Shown here: in pieces, positions 56,503-64,000 of the stretch
How the letters are laid out: each line of letters starts with the position of its first letter
How positions within the stretch are numbered: the first letter of the stretch is position 1
Origin: Phycisphaerae bacterium
GTDB lineage: Bacteria > Planctomycetota > Phycisphaerae > Phycisphaerales > SM1A02
Direction: 5' to 3'
Assembly (NCBI GenBank): GCA_002717655.1
Contig: PBAY01000029.1
Span: forward strand, 15,242-79,241
DNA length: 64,000 bases
The notes under the pieces: generated by a model
Seen by the model: the letters and a program-made list of their open reading frames with translations, nothing else
Told to the model about the DNA's origin: nothing
The model's database searches: none
Program-made: the position numbers and the translations under genes

Positions 56503-57663
56503 TTGCTCTCCGTGAGTCCGGATGAACTTCTGCGAGTTGCGGGATCGCGCCGAACCTACGGTGTGGTCAATGTCGGCTTGTTCGAAGATCAGCAGGATCG
56601 CGAAGTCGCCAGTCAGGATGTGAAGGAGATAGCAGAACATTTTCGCAATCTGCTGCATCCTGATGGACAGGTGATTGAAGACTTCACGGATCTGTGCCGC
56701 TGGAGATTTCTGAATGAACGTCTGGCCGATCTTGTGCAGCTGGGCACGGCCTTTCAGCTGGGTGCTGTTCCAGTTACAACCGATGCCATTGAATCAGCCT
56801 TGCTTGAGCTTGAAGCTCAGGGGTTCGCGCGTTCGCTTGAAGCGTTCAAGCTTGGACGGCAGTTTGCTCGCAATCCAGGACGCCTTCGCAGGCCCGGTGA
56901 GGATCCGGATGCCGAGACTGCAAACCGTTTCATACGCAGGCAATGTCTGCCCATCGGACGTACCGGTCTGGGTTCACGAGAACGAGCCAATCGATTTCGA
57001 AGGCTCACGCAACGGGTCTTCTATGATCTTCCTGGCCTGACGCAGAATGAGGAAGCTGCGGATTCCTATCGAGATTTCACGGTTGCGTTGAGACGTTGTA
57101 TCACGTGGGGTGGATTTGATTATGCCGAAAGGTTTGCAGATGCCATCGTCGCGTTGTATCGGTGTGACATGCCTGAACGTGGATACGCCTTGACTCGCAA
57201 GGCGATTCTTCCACTTGCGGAAGCCAGCCTGACTCGAGATTCGATCTTTCTCGCATCAATGGCAGTCAGCAGTGAGCACAGGCTCTTGACCAGGCATCGC
57301 CTCAACGTACATCGAGCGCGTGGAGACCGAGTTGAAGTCAGATATCTTACGCGTCTTGAGCTGACATTCATCCGCTGGCGATTTCGTCTGGATCTTCGAA
57401 CCAGTGATTGGATGGCTCGTGGGCTCTCGGCGGTGAGGCATCTGCTCCCGACCGCATGGCGGGGTACGCGTCGTGACCGACAGGTTCGTCGGCTTGTACA
57501 GGAACTGCTGCTGCGTGCAGGAACAGGTGCAGCGATCGACTACGACGGTTGGCTCGAGGTCATGAATGAATTGAACGAGCTGGCACTGGATGGTCGTCTG
57601 CGTCGGATTCATCCCGATCGGCTTCGTGAGATGCTGGAAAGGCGTGGGGCCCATGAGTCCTGA
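56503..57663 (+). CDS. IOR-family homologue, C-terminal 386 codons (same frame as the upstream ORF)
   Basis: LGTAFQLGAVPVTTDAIESALLELEAQGFARSLEAFKLGRQFARNPG resembles the end of the IOR gamma domain plus the C-terminal extension. No ATG or SD follows the TAG. Confidence 0.5.
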   Translation: MLSVSPDELLRVAGSRRTYGVVNVGLFEDQQDREVASQDVKEIAEHFRNLLHPDGQVIEDFTDLCRWRFLNERLADLVQLGTAFQLGAVPVTTDAIESALLELEAQGFARSLEAFKLGRQFARNPGRLRRPGEDPDAETANRFIRRQCLPIGRTGLGSRERANRFRRLTQRVFYDLPGLTQNEEAADSYRDFTVALRRCITWGGFDYAERFADAIVALYRCDMPERGYALTRKAILPLAEASLTRDSIFLASMAVSSEHRLLTRHRLNVHRARGDRVEVRYLTRLELTFIRWRFRLDLRTSDWMARGLSAVRHLLPTAWRGTRRDRQVRRLVQELLLRAGTGAAIDYDGWLEVMNELNELALDGRLRRIHPDRLREMLERRGAHES

Positions 57664-57946
57664 ACACACCGGCGATGGTTCGCGAGGTCTGGCGCCTGGT
57701 GCTACGCCCAGTGTCGTCTATGGAATTCTGGGTGTGATTCTGTCGGCTGTCCCCATCGTCGGTTTCCTGCTGGGGTGGATGGCCTATCTGCGTTCTCGCC
57801 AATCCATGATTCAGCTGGATCATGACGCTCGTCTGGAAGGTCGGTCCCTTCAGCGGTGGGGGGGATTCTGCGGTGTGGTATCAATGGTTCTGGGGATCGC
57901 CAGCACGGTCGTGTGGCTGGTGATCTTCATCAGTTCCTTGAAGTAG
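57653..57946 (+). CDS. small two-TM membrane protein (DUF4190-like)
   Basis: SVVYGILGVILSAVPIVGFLLGWMAYL and GFCGVVSMVLGIASTVVWLVIFI. ATG overlaps the end of the previous ORF by 11 nt. Confidence 0.55.
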   Translation: MSPEHTGDGSRGLAPGATPSVVYGILGVILSAVPIVGFLLGWMAYLRSRQSMIQLDHDARLEGRSLQRWGGFCGVVSMVLGIASTVVWLVIFISSLK

Positions 57947-59036
57947 ATTCACGATTGCCTGACTTGCCTCGGGATTCATGACGAAGCTGGCCGCAGGCTG
58001 CTGCGATGTCTCTGCCACGGCTTGCTCGAATCGTTGCATTGACCCCATGACGGCGAAGGATCCGTTGGAATTCTCGTACATCAACCGTTGATGGTCGTTC
58101 GTAGGGGAGCCCTTTGACTTCGTTGTATCTGATCAGATTGATACGGGCTCTCATCTGGCTTGCGATCCGAGCAAGTTGTCGAGCGTGCTCATCGCGATCA
58201 TTGATCTCACGGAGTAGCAGATATTCCAGCGTTACTTCCCGACCGCTGGTCTCAAACCATGCCTGACATGCTGAGAGAAGTTCATCGATCGTGGCGTAGT
58301 CCGCCCATGGAATGAGAGATCTTCTGAGTTCGTCGTTGGGGGCGTGCAGACTGAGTGCAAGGGTGACCGGCAGGTCGAATCTCGCGAATCTTCGAATCGC
58401 CTTGGGAAGGCCTACGGTCGAAACGGTAATGTGCCTTGCGCCAATCGCAGGTCCCCATGCGGCATTGATCATCCTGATGGCCTTCATGACAGCCTTGTCA
58501 TTCGCCAAGGGCTCGCCCATCCCCATGAACACGATGTTGGTGATCCGATCAACATCCTCCTCAATTGAAAGACGAAGTACCTGTTCCATGATCTGGCCGG
58601 CTGTCAGGTTGCCTTCAAGGCCACCGAGGCCGGAGGCACAGAATCGACATCCGACGGGGCATCCAACCTGAGAAGACACGCAGGCAGTCTTGCGTTTGCC
58701 TGCAGGAATCATGACGGTTTCAGTCTGCTTCAATTTGGATTTGGCATCAGCTAGTTGAAGTGCATTCTGCTGGTCAGAAGGAGGGTCCCAGCCCAGAAGT
58801 AGTTTGAGTGTTCCATCCGAGGCGTACTGGACCTTGTCGATTCTGCTGCGAAAGATGGTCCAGTTTTCATCAAGCCATTGGCGGTCAGCCTTTGACACAT
58901 TCGACATGTCCTGGAATCGAGTGATGCCATGTCGATAGATCCATTGATAGACCTGGCCGGCAAGGAAGGCGCGACGGCCTTGCTCAATGCAGATTTCGCG
59001 GAACTCGTCCAGCGTGTAGTCAAGAAGGTGTTGCAT
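57930..59036 (-). CDS. rlmN: 23S rRNA/tRNA (adenine-C2)-methyltransferase, radical SAM
   Basis: CVSSQVGCPVGCRFCASG, GMGEPLAN and the C-terminal CGQL. Confidence 0.9.
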   Translation of the reverse strand: MQHLLDYTLDEFREICIEQGRRAFLAGQVYQWIYRHGITRFQDMSNVSKADRQWLDENWTIFRSRIDKVQYASDGTLKLLLGWDPPSDQQNALQLADAKSKLKQTETVMIPAGKRKTACVSSQVGCPVGCRFCASGLGGLEGNLTAGQIMEQVLRLSIEEDVDRITNIVFMGMGEPLANDKAVMKAIRMINAAWGPAIGARHITVSTVGLPKAIRRFARFDLPVTLALSLHAPNDELRRSLIPWADYATIDELLSACQAWFETSGREVTLEYLLLREINDRDEHARQLARIASQMRARINLIRYNEVKGLPYERPSTVDVREFQRILRRHGVNATIRASRGRDIAAACGQLRHESRGKSGNRESTSRN

Positions 59037-59047
59037 GTCTTATGAGG

Positions 59048-60106
59048 TCAGCCGGCGGCTGAGATCGTCAGATCAACGACTTGCTGATCAATCCCATGTG
59101 ATTCCAGGAAGCGTGCGGTAGACGCGATATTGTCCATCATGATTCGGCGACCAGCGGGATCGACGTCACGGGATCTCATGAAGTTCTTGAGTGTGCCAGG
59201 CAGTCCGAATTCCACGCTTTCATGGAATACATCATGCTGTTCAACTTCGCCTTGATGATTGTTGACAAGGTGGAGCACGAGGTTCTGGACAAGATCTTCC
59301 GGTGCACTGGCGCCGGCAGTCACCAAGACACGTTTGACGTTCTTCATCAACTCGTCCGTCAATTCGGTTACGTCATCAATCAGGACGGCGTGGGTCCCTG
59401 CGGCCATGGCGATCTCGGTGAGTCGGAGTGAGTTCGAGCTGTTCTGGCTCCCGACAACGAGGACGAGATCGCAGTTGGGAGCAAGTTGACGAACGGCCCA
59501 TTGGCGATTCGTCGTGGCATAGCAGACATCCTCGCTTGGAGGGCTGTTGACTTCCGGATAGGCCTCTTTGAGCGCGTTGATGATCTGGTTGGCGTCATCA
59601 AGGCTCAGGGTCGTCTGTGTCAGATAGACCACCTTGCTGGGGTCATCAATCTTGAGATCGGGAATGCCCGCTACTGATTCGAGAATCTGGATCGAATCAG
59701 GCGCTTCACCATAGGTGCCGATGATCTCCTGATGCTCGCGATGACCGATCAGAACGATTTGCCATCCACGCTTTGCATAGCGGATCGCCTCGGCATGAAC
59801 CTTGGTCACCAGGGGGCAGGTGGCGTCGATGGCGGTGAGATTTCTCTCCTTGGCTTCCTTACGGACCATGGGGCTGACCCCGTGGGCGCTGAAGACTACG
59901 ATTGATCCAGTAGGCACGTCTTCGATCGATTCGATGAAGATGACCCCACGGTCTTCAAATCGCTGGACCACATGCTTGTTATGGACGATTGCGTGGTAGA
60001 CGTAGATGGTGTCGCCATCCACGACATCTAGCAGCTGGTCCACCACATCGATGGCCATGTACACACCGGCGCAGAAGCCGCGGGGATTGGCGAGAATGAT
60101 CTTCAA
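59048..60106 (-). CDS. ispH: 4-hydroxy-3-methylbut-2-enyl diphosphate reductase
   Basis: PRGFCAGV, SAHGVSP, ATCPLVTKVH and VVGSQNSSNS. Confidence 0.9.
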   Translation of the reverse strand: MKIILANPRGFCAGVYMAIDVVDQLLDVVDGDTIYVYHAIVHNKHVVQRFEDRGVIFIESIEDVPTGSIVVFSAHGVSPMVRKEAKERNLTAIDATCPLVTKVHAEAIRYAKRGWQIVLIGHREHQEIIGTYGEAPDSIQILESVAGIPDLKIDDPSKVVYLTQTTLSLDDANQIINALKEAYPEVNSPPSEDVCYATTNRQWAVRQLAPNCDLVLVVGSQNSSNSLRLTEIAMAAGTHAVLIDDVTELTDELMKNVKRVLVTAGASAPEDLVQNLVLHLVNNHQGEVEQHDVFHESVEFGLPGTLKNFMRSRDVDPAGRRIMMDNIASTARFLESHGIDQQVVDLTISAAG

Positions 60107-60124
60107 TGGAGGTCCTCTGAAGAC

Positions 60125-61138
60125 ATGATAGCAGTCGATTCACCCGCTACAGTGTCCCTGTGGCAGGAATGTGCTGCCGGCAAACCGCTTATGAGCTCAA
60201 CATCAGTCATGGAACACCTTGAAAGCTGGGGACCGGGCAGCCAGCCTGGCCTGGAGGCTGTTGATGCGCTGGCCTATTGTCGGAAGTTGACGCTGGGTCA
60301 CTATGAAAATTTTCCAGTCTTATCCGGTTTAGTCCCGGATTCAGTCCGAGATGGTGCCTCTGCGGTCTATGCATTCTGCAGATGGGCTGATGATCTCGGT
60401 GATGAGGTGGGTGACCGTGATCGAAGTCTGGAGTTATTGGACTGGTGGCGTGAAGAAACGCTTCGTTGCTTCCAAGGTGAGGCCAGCCATCCTGTCTTTG
60501 TAGCACTTGACCATCTGATGGAGCGCTATCAATTCAATCCCGAGCCGTTTCTTGATCTGATTGATGCGTTCATTCAGGATCAGACCGTGACTCGATATGA
60601 AAGCTGGGAGCAGCTGATTGATTATTGTCGGCGAAGCGCGGATCCAGTTGGACGACTGGTACTCAGATTGGTTGGTCAAGACGATGATCCTGAGGTGCTT
60701 GAGGCAAGCGATGCCGTGTGCACGGCCTTGCAGTTGACGAATCATTGGCAGGATGTGAAGCGAGATCTGCTGGAACGTGATCGGATCTATGTTCCTTCCG
60801 AGGTACATGAGATCGATAACTTTGACCAACGCATGCGGCAGACCGTCATTCTTGGTCATGCACCTGATACCGAGTTCTATGGAGAATGGCAGGTCATGAT
60901 GAAGGGCCTGGTCAAGCGTACCTGGCCTGGCTTTGAGCGTATCGAGTTCCTGCTAGGCAGACTCTCACCTGATGTGCGACCAATGGTCTGGTTGTTCGCT
61001 GCTGGTGGATCCCACATCCTCCGTCGTATCGAGCAGATCAATTACGAGACGGTCCTGTTTCGCCCACGATTGACGGCATTGACGAAGTTGAATCTGGTGT
61101 TGTCTGCGCGTCGTTCCGTCAAGGGGGTAGGCGCATGA
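60125..61138 (+). CDS. hpnC: squalene synthase HpnC (hydroxysqualene synthase)
   Basis: HYENFPVLSGLVP...VYAFCRWADDLGDE and LQLTNHWQDVKRD. Start uncertain (60125, 60191 or 60209). Confidence 0.8.
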   Translation: MIAVDSPATVSLWQECAAGKPLMSSTSVMEHLESWGPGSQPGLEAVDALAYCRKLTLGHYENFPVLSGLVPDSVRDGASAVYAFCRWADDLGDEVGDRDRSLELLDWWREETLRCFQGEASHPVFVALDHLMERYQFNPEPFLDLIDAFIQDQTVTRYESWEQLIDYCRRSADPVGRLVLRLVGQDDDPEVLEASDAVCTALQLTNHWQDVKRDLLERDRIYVPSEVHEIDNFDQRMRQTVILGHAPDTEFYGEWQVMMKGLVKRTWPGFERIEFLLGRLSPDVRPMVWLFAAGGSHILRRIEQINYETVLFRPRLTALTKLNLVLSARRSVKGVGA

Positions 61139-62022
61139 TGGCCACAATCGACCTCCCAGTAGATGCGGCAGCACTCAGGTACTGTGAAGATGTGACGAGG
61201 CGGGAAGCCAGGAATTTCTATTACGGCCTCCGGCTTCTGCCTGAACCCCAGCGTTCCGCCTTGTACTGCATCTATGCATGGATGAGGCGTGCCGATGATC
61301 TTGCGGATGATGATTCAAATCGAGCCGGGGCCGCTGAGGAGCTGGAGCAGTTTCGGCAGAAGACGAATGATGCCTTCCTTGGCAGTGGTGAACATGAGCA
61401 GTCACAACCGATGTGGAGAGCCTTTGCCGCAACGATCCACCGCTTCAATCTGGAACCTGCCCCATTTGATGACATGATCAGAGGCCAGCAGGACGATCTC
61501 GATTTCGCACAGCCTCGCACCATGGATGATCTGATTGACTACTGCCGCAAGGTCGCTTCCAGCGTCGGTCGGGTCTGCATCCAGATATGGGGGTATGACG
61601 ACCCTCATGCCTTGCAGCTGGCGGATGAGCGTGGGATCGCCTTTCAGTTGACCAATATTCTCCGTGATGTACGGGAAGATCATCTGAATGGAAGGATCTA
61701 TCTGCCCGGTGAGATGCTGAATCAGGCGGGGATGGATGTCGGGCAGTTGCTGGAATGGACTGACGATTCGGCATGTGAGTCGCTGATTCGTTCAGTCATC
61801 GATTCGGCTGAGGCCCACTATGCATCTTCTTCGCCGCTTGAAGGAATGATTACTCCGAGCTGTCGTCCGACCTTGCAGGCCATGACGAGGATCTACCATG
61901 GTCTTCTTCAGATGTTGGATAGAAATCCCCGTCTTATCGCGGGTCCAAATCGTGTCAGGCTCGGAAAGCTGAAGAAGCTTTCAATCGCTCTCATGGCTCG
62001 CATGCAGGCGAAGATTTCATGA
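61135..62022 (+). CDS. hpnD: presqualene diphosphate synthase HpnD
   Basis: ARNFYYGLRLLP...IYAWMRRADDLADD and FQLTNILRDVRED. ATGA overlap with hpnC. Confidence 0.8.
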   Translation: MMATIDLPVDAAALRYCEDVTRREARNFYYGLRLLPEPQRSALYCIYAWMRRADDLADDDSNRAGAAEELEQFRQKTNDAFLGSGEHEQSQPMWRAFAATIHRFNLEPAPFDDMIRGQQDDLDFAQPRTMDDLIDYCRKVASSVGRVCIQIWGYDDPHALQLADERGIAFQLTNILRDVREDHLNGRIYLPGEMLNQAGMDVGQLLEWTDDSACESLIRSVIDSAEAHYASSSPLEGMITPSCRPTLQAMTRIYHGLLQMLDRNPRLIAGPNRVRLGKLKKLSIALMARMQAKIS

Positions 62023-63422
62023 GCCGCCGCGTTGTTGTGATCGGTGGGGGGCTTGCAGGGATTGCAGCGGCGGTCCGGCTGGCGGATGAGGGCTGGAATC
62101 CCATCGTTCTGGAAACACGCAAGAAGCTCGGTGGTAGGGCCACCAGTTTTCCTGATCACCGCAGCGGTCAGTCGCTGGACAACTGCCAACATGTTCTCAT
62201 GGGATGCTGCACGGCACTGCTTTCACTCTATGACCGGCTCGGAGTCAGTGATCAGATCGAATGGCATGAATCTCTGTACTGGCAGCGTGAGGATGGGGGC
62301 GTAGATCTTCTGAAGCCCGGCATGCTTCCGGCTCCGCTTCATACGGCACGAAGCTTTGGTCGCATGAAGCTGCTTGACCGAAGTGGCAAGTCGGAGATTC
62401 GGCGGGCCATGTGGAAATTGCTGCGTGGCGGCCATCGCCTTCGACAGGATTATCGTGGGAGAACCTTCGGCGAATTTCTGTCTGATCTCAATCAGTCAGC
62501 TGAAACGATTCGGCTGTTCTGGGACACCGTCATCATCAGCGCCTGCAATCTCCCGTGTCATCAGGTTGCGGCAGAACATGGCATGCAGGTCTTTCAGGAA
62601 GCCTTCCTTCCTGGCAGATGGGCTGGCACGATGGGCCTCTCCATGGTTCCGCTGGCGGATCTTTATGATCCCGCGGAATCAATCATTCTCGAGGCAGGTG
62701 GCGCACTGCGGCTTGGCTGTTCAGTCCGTGAAATCTGTCTTGAGCAGAAGCGTGCCGTTGGAGTCATGACGGCGGACTCGATGGAACGCGGTGACGCAGT
62801 CATCTCAACCGTTCCCCCTGATCGTCTGGCCAAGTTGTTGCGGGATGATGTCCGTGCACAGGATCGAAGGCTGGCTCATCTCGAGGACTTTCAGTTCAGC
62901 CCCATTCTCGGCGTACATCTGCACTTTGCCGAACAGATCATGGAACTGCCTCATCTGGTTCTGGCGGGGCGGCCGGTGCACTGGATCTTCAACAAGGGGG
63001 TCGATGGACAGGGGCGCCAGCATCTTCATGCCGTGATCAGTGCCGCTGACGAATGGATGTCGCTTGATGAGGGGGAGATCCTGGAGCGTGTCATGGATGA
63101 AGTGCGCATGGCACTGCCTATGAGCGAAGGCCTGGAACCGATCACCGTTCGAGCAGTCAAGGAGAAACGGGCTACCTTCTCCGCCACACCTGAAATCGAG
63201 CCTCATCGACCTGGAGCCGGTCCAGGCGCCATCGGAGTGAAAGGTGGTGATGTCGAGTCGCTCTTCATCGCCGGTGACTGGTGTGATACGGGATGGCCCG
63301 CGACGATGGAGGGTGCCGTTCGAAGTGGCTATCGCGCAGCTGGAGCATTCGCCGGAACTGATCCCGGTATCGAAGAAGTTCCTGCGGGATGGCTGGCTCA
63401 TCGACTCGGTGTCGATCGCTGA
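62019..63422 (+). CDS. hpnE: hydroxysqualene dehydroxylase HpnE (FAD-dependent)
   Basis: VVVIGGGLAGIAAAVRLA (Rossmann fold) and an amine-oxidase-like C-terminus FIAGDW. ATGA overlap with hpnD. Confidence 0.8.
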   Translation: MSRRVVVIGGGLAGIAAAVRLADEGWNPIVLETRKKLGGRATSFPDHRSGQSLDNCQHVLMGCCTALLSLYDRLGVSDQIEWHESLYWQREDGGVDLLKPGMLPAPLHTARSFGRMKLLDRSGKSEIRRAMWKLLRGGHRLRQDYRGRTFGEFLSDLNQSAETIRLFWDTVIISACNLPCHQVAAEHGMQVFQEAFLPGRWAGTMGLSMVPLADLYDPAESIILEAGGALRLGCSVREICLEQKRAVGVMTADSMERGDAVISTVPPDRLAKLLRDDVRAQDRRLAHLEDFQFSPILGVHLHFAEQIMELPHLVLAGRPVHWIFNKGVDGQGRQHLHAVISAADEWMSLDEGEILERVMDEVRMALPMSEGLEPITVRAVKEKRATFSATPEIEPHRPGAGPGAIGVKGGDVESLFIAGDWCDTGWPATMEGAVRSGYRAAGAFAGTDPGIEEVPAGWLAHRLGVDR

Positions 63423-63424
63423 AC

Positions 63425-64000
63425 TCAGTTCTTTGGCGTACTGAGGTTCTCCTCAAGGAAAGCGAAGATATCCGCCGTCTCATCGATCTTCATCGATGTT
63501 GGTTTTCCTGCACCATGCCCCGCCGATTGTTCGATGCGGATCAGGACAGGGGTATCGCCCGCATGAGCATGCTGCAGGGCTGCGGCATACTTGAACGAAT
63601 GGCCTGGAACGACTCGATCATCCGTATCGGCAGTCATGACCATGGTTGCGGGGTACTTCGTTCCCTCTTCAAGTCGGTGGTAAGGCGAGTAGGCCCATAT
63701 CGCGGGAAACTCGTCGGCGTTGGATGGGTCGCCATATTCCTTGGTCCAGGCGTGACCGATCGTGAACTTGGGGAATCGAACCATGTCCATGACACCGACG
63801 GCTGGAAGGCAGGCGCCATAGAGATCAGGACGCTGGTTCATGCAGGCCCCGACCAGCAGGCCACCATTACTGTGCCCCTGGATTCCAAGATTCCGTGGGC
63901 TGGTGTAGTCGTTGGCAATGAGCCATTCCCCTGCAGCGATGAAGTCATCGAAGACATTCTGCTTGTTGTCCAGCATTCCGCCCTGATGCCAGTCTTCCCC
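63425..64000 (-). CDS. prolyl oligopeptidase (S9A) family serine peptidase, C-terminal part (gene continues beyond window)
   Basis: KQNVFDDFIAAGEWLI, the nucleophile GHSNGGLL, DDRV and the catalytic His in SAGHGAGK. Frame is open to the window edge. Confidence 0.85.
   Translation of the reverse strand, partial: GEDWHQGGMLDNKQNVFDDFIAAGEWLIANDYTSPRNLGIQGHSNGGLLVGACMNQRPDLYGACLPAVGVMDMVRFPKFTIGHAWTKEYGDPSNADEFPAIWAYSPYHRLEEGTKYPATMVMTADTDDRVVPGHSFKYAAALQHAHAGDTPVLIRIEQSAGHGAGKPTSMKIDETADIFAFLEENLSTPKN

Noticed and set aside
1-64000. CRISPR arrays, IS elements, prophage or defence-system genes.
   Set aside because: No regularly spaced repeats and no transposase, integrase, phage structural, restriction or cas-like translations appear in any frame of the ORF track. 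Non-coding gaps are too short, the largest being about 460 nt.

Overview
Gene-dense chromosomal segment with about 62 protein-coding genes and 4 tRNAs. I found no rRNA, CRISPR array, transposase, integrase or recognisable defence or toxin genes. GC looks moderate to high by eye (not computed).

Most of the window is housekeeping:
- Aromatic and nucleotide metabolism: hppD, apt, aroA, guaB, pyrG.
- Fatty-acid initiation: accB-accC.
- Respiration: sdhCAB of the single cytochrome b558 type.
- Translation and RNA modification: def-fmt, queA, rluD, rlmN.
- Envelope: kdsB and murE-murF-mraY.
- Isoprenoid and squalene synthesis: ispH next to hpnC-hpnD-hpnE.

The likely source is a Planctomycetota genome, possibly Phycisphaerae-like and marine. 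This is inference only, based on secreted proteins with dockerin/EF-hand-like loops, a fragmentary dcw cluster, hpnCDE, an orphan groES and many 4-nt start/stop overlaps.

Nothing here resembles a known mobile or defence island. The best candidates for undescribed biology are:
1. A three-gene minus-strand unit (13222-17785): an intact PilT ATPase, a membrane-anchored GspE/PilB-family paralogue whose Walker A, Asp-box, Walker B and His-box motifs are all eroded, and a large CvpA-domain membrane protein.
2. A 1138-codon indolepyruvate:ferredoxin-oxidoreductase-family homologue (54241-57663). Its cofactor motifs look degenerate and a single in-frame TAG interrupts it inside a conserved domain.
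3. A lipoprotein with an extremely Met-rich C-terminus (32609-33553) next to an FAD monooxygenase.
4. A small HExxH protein translationally coupled to def-fmt.

All functional calls come from motif recognition in the supplied translations. No database search was run. Start codons are often uncertain.
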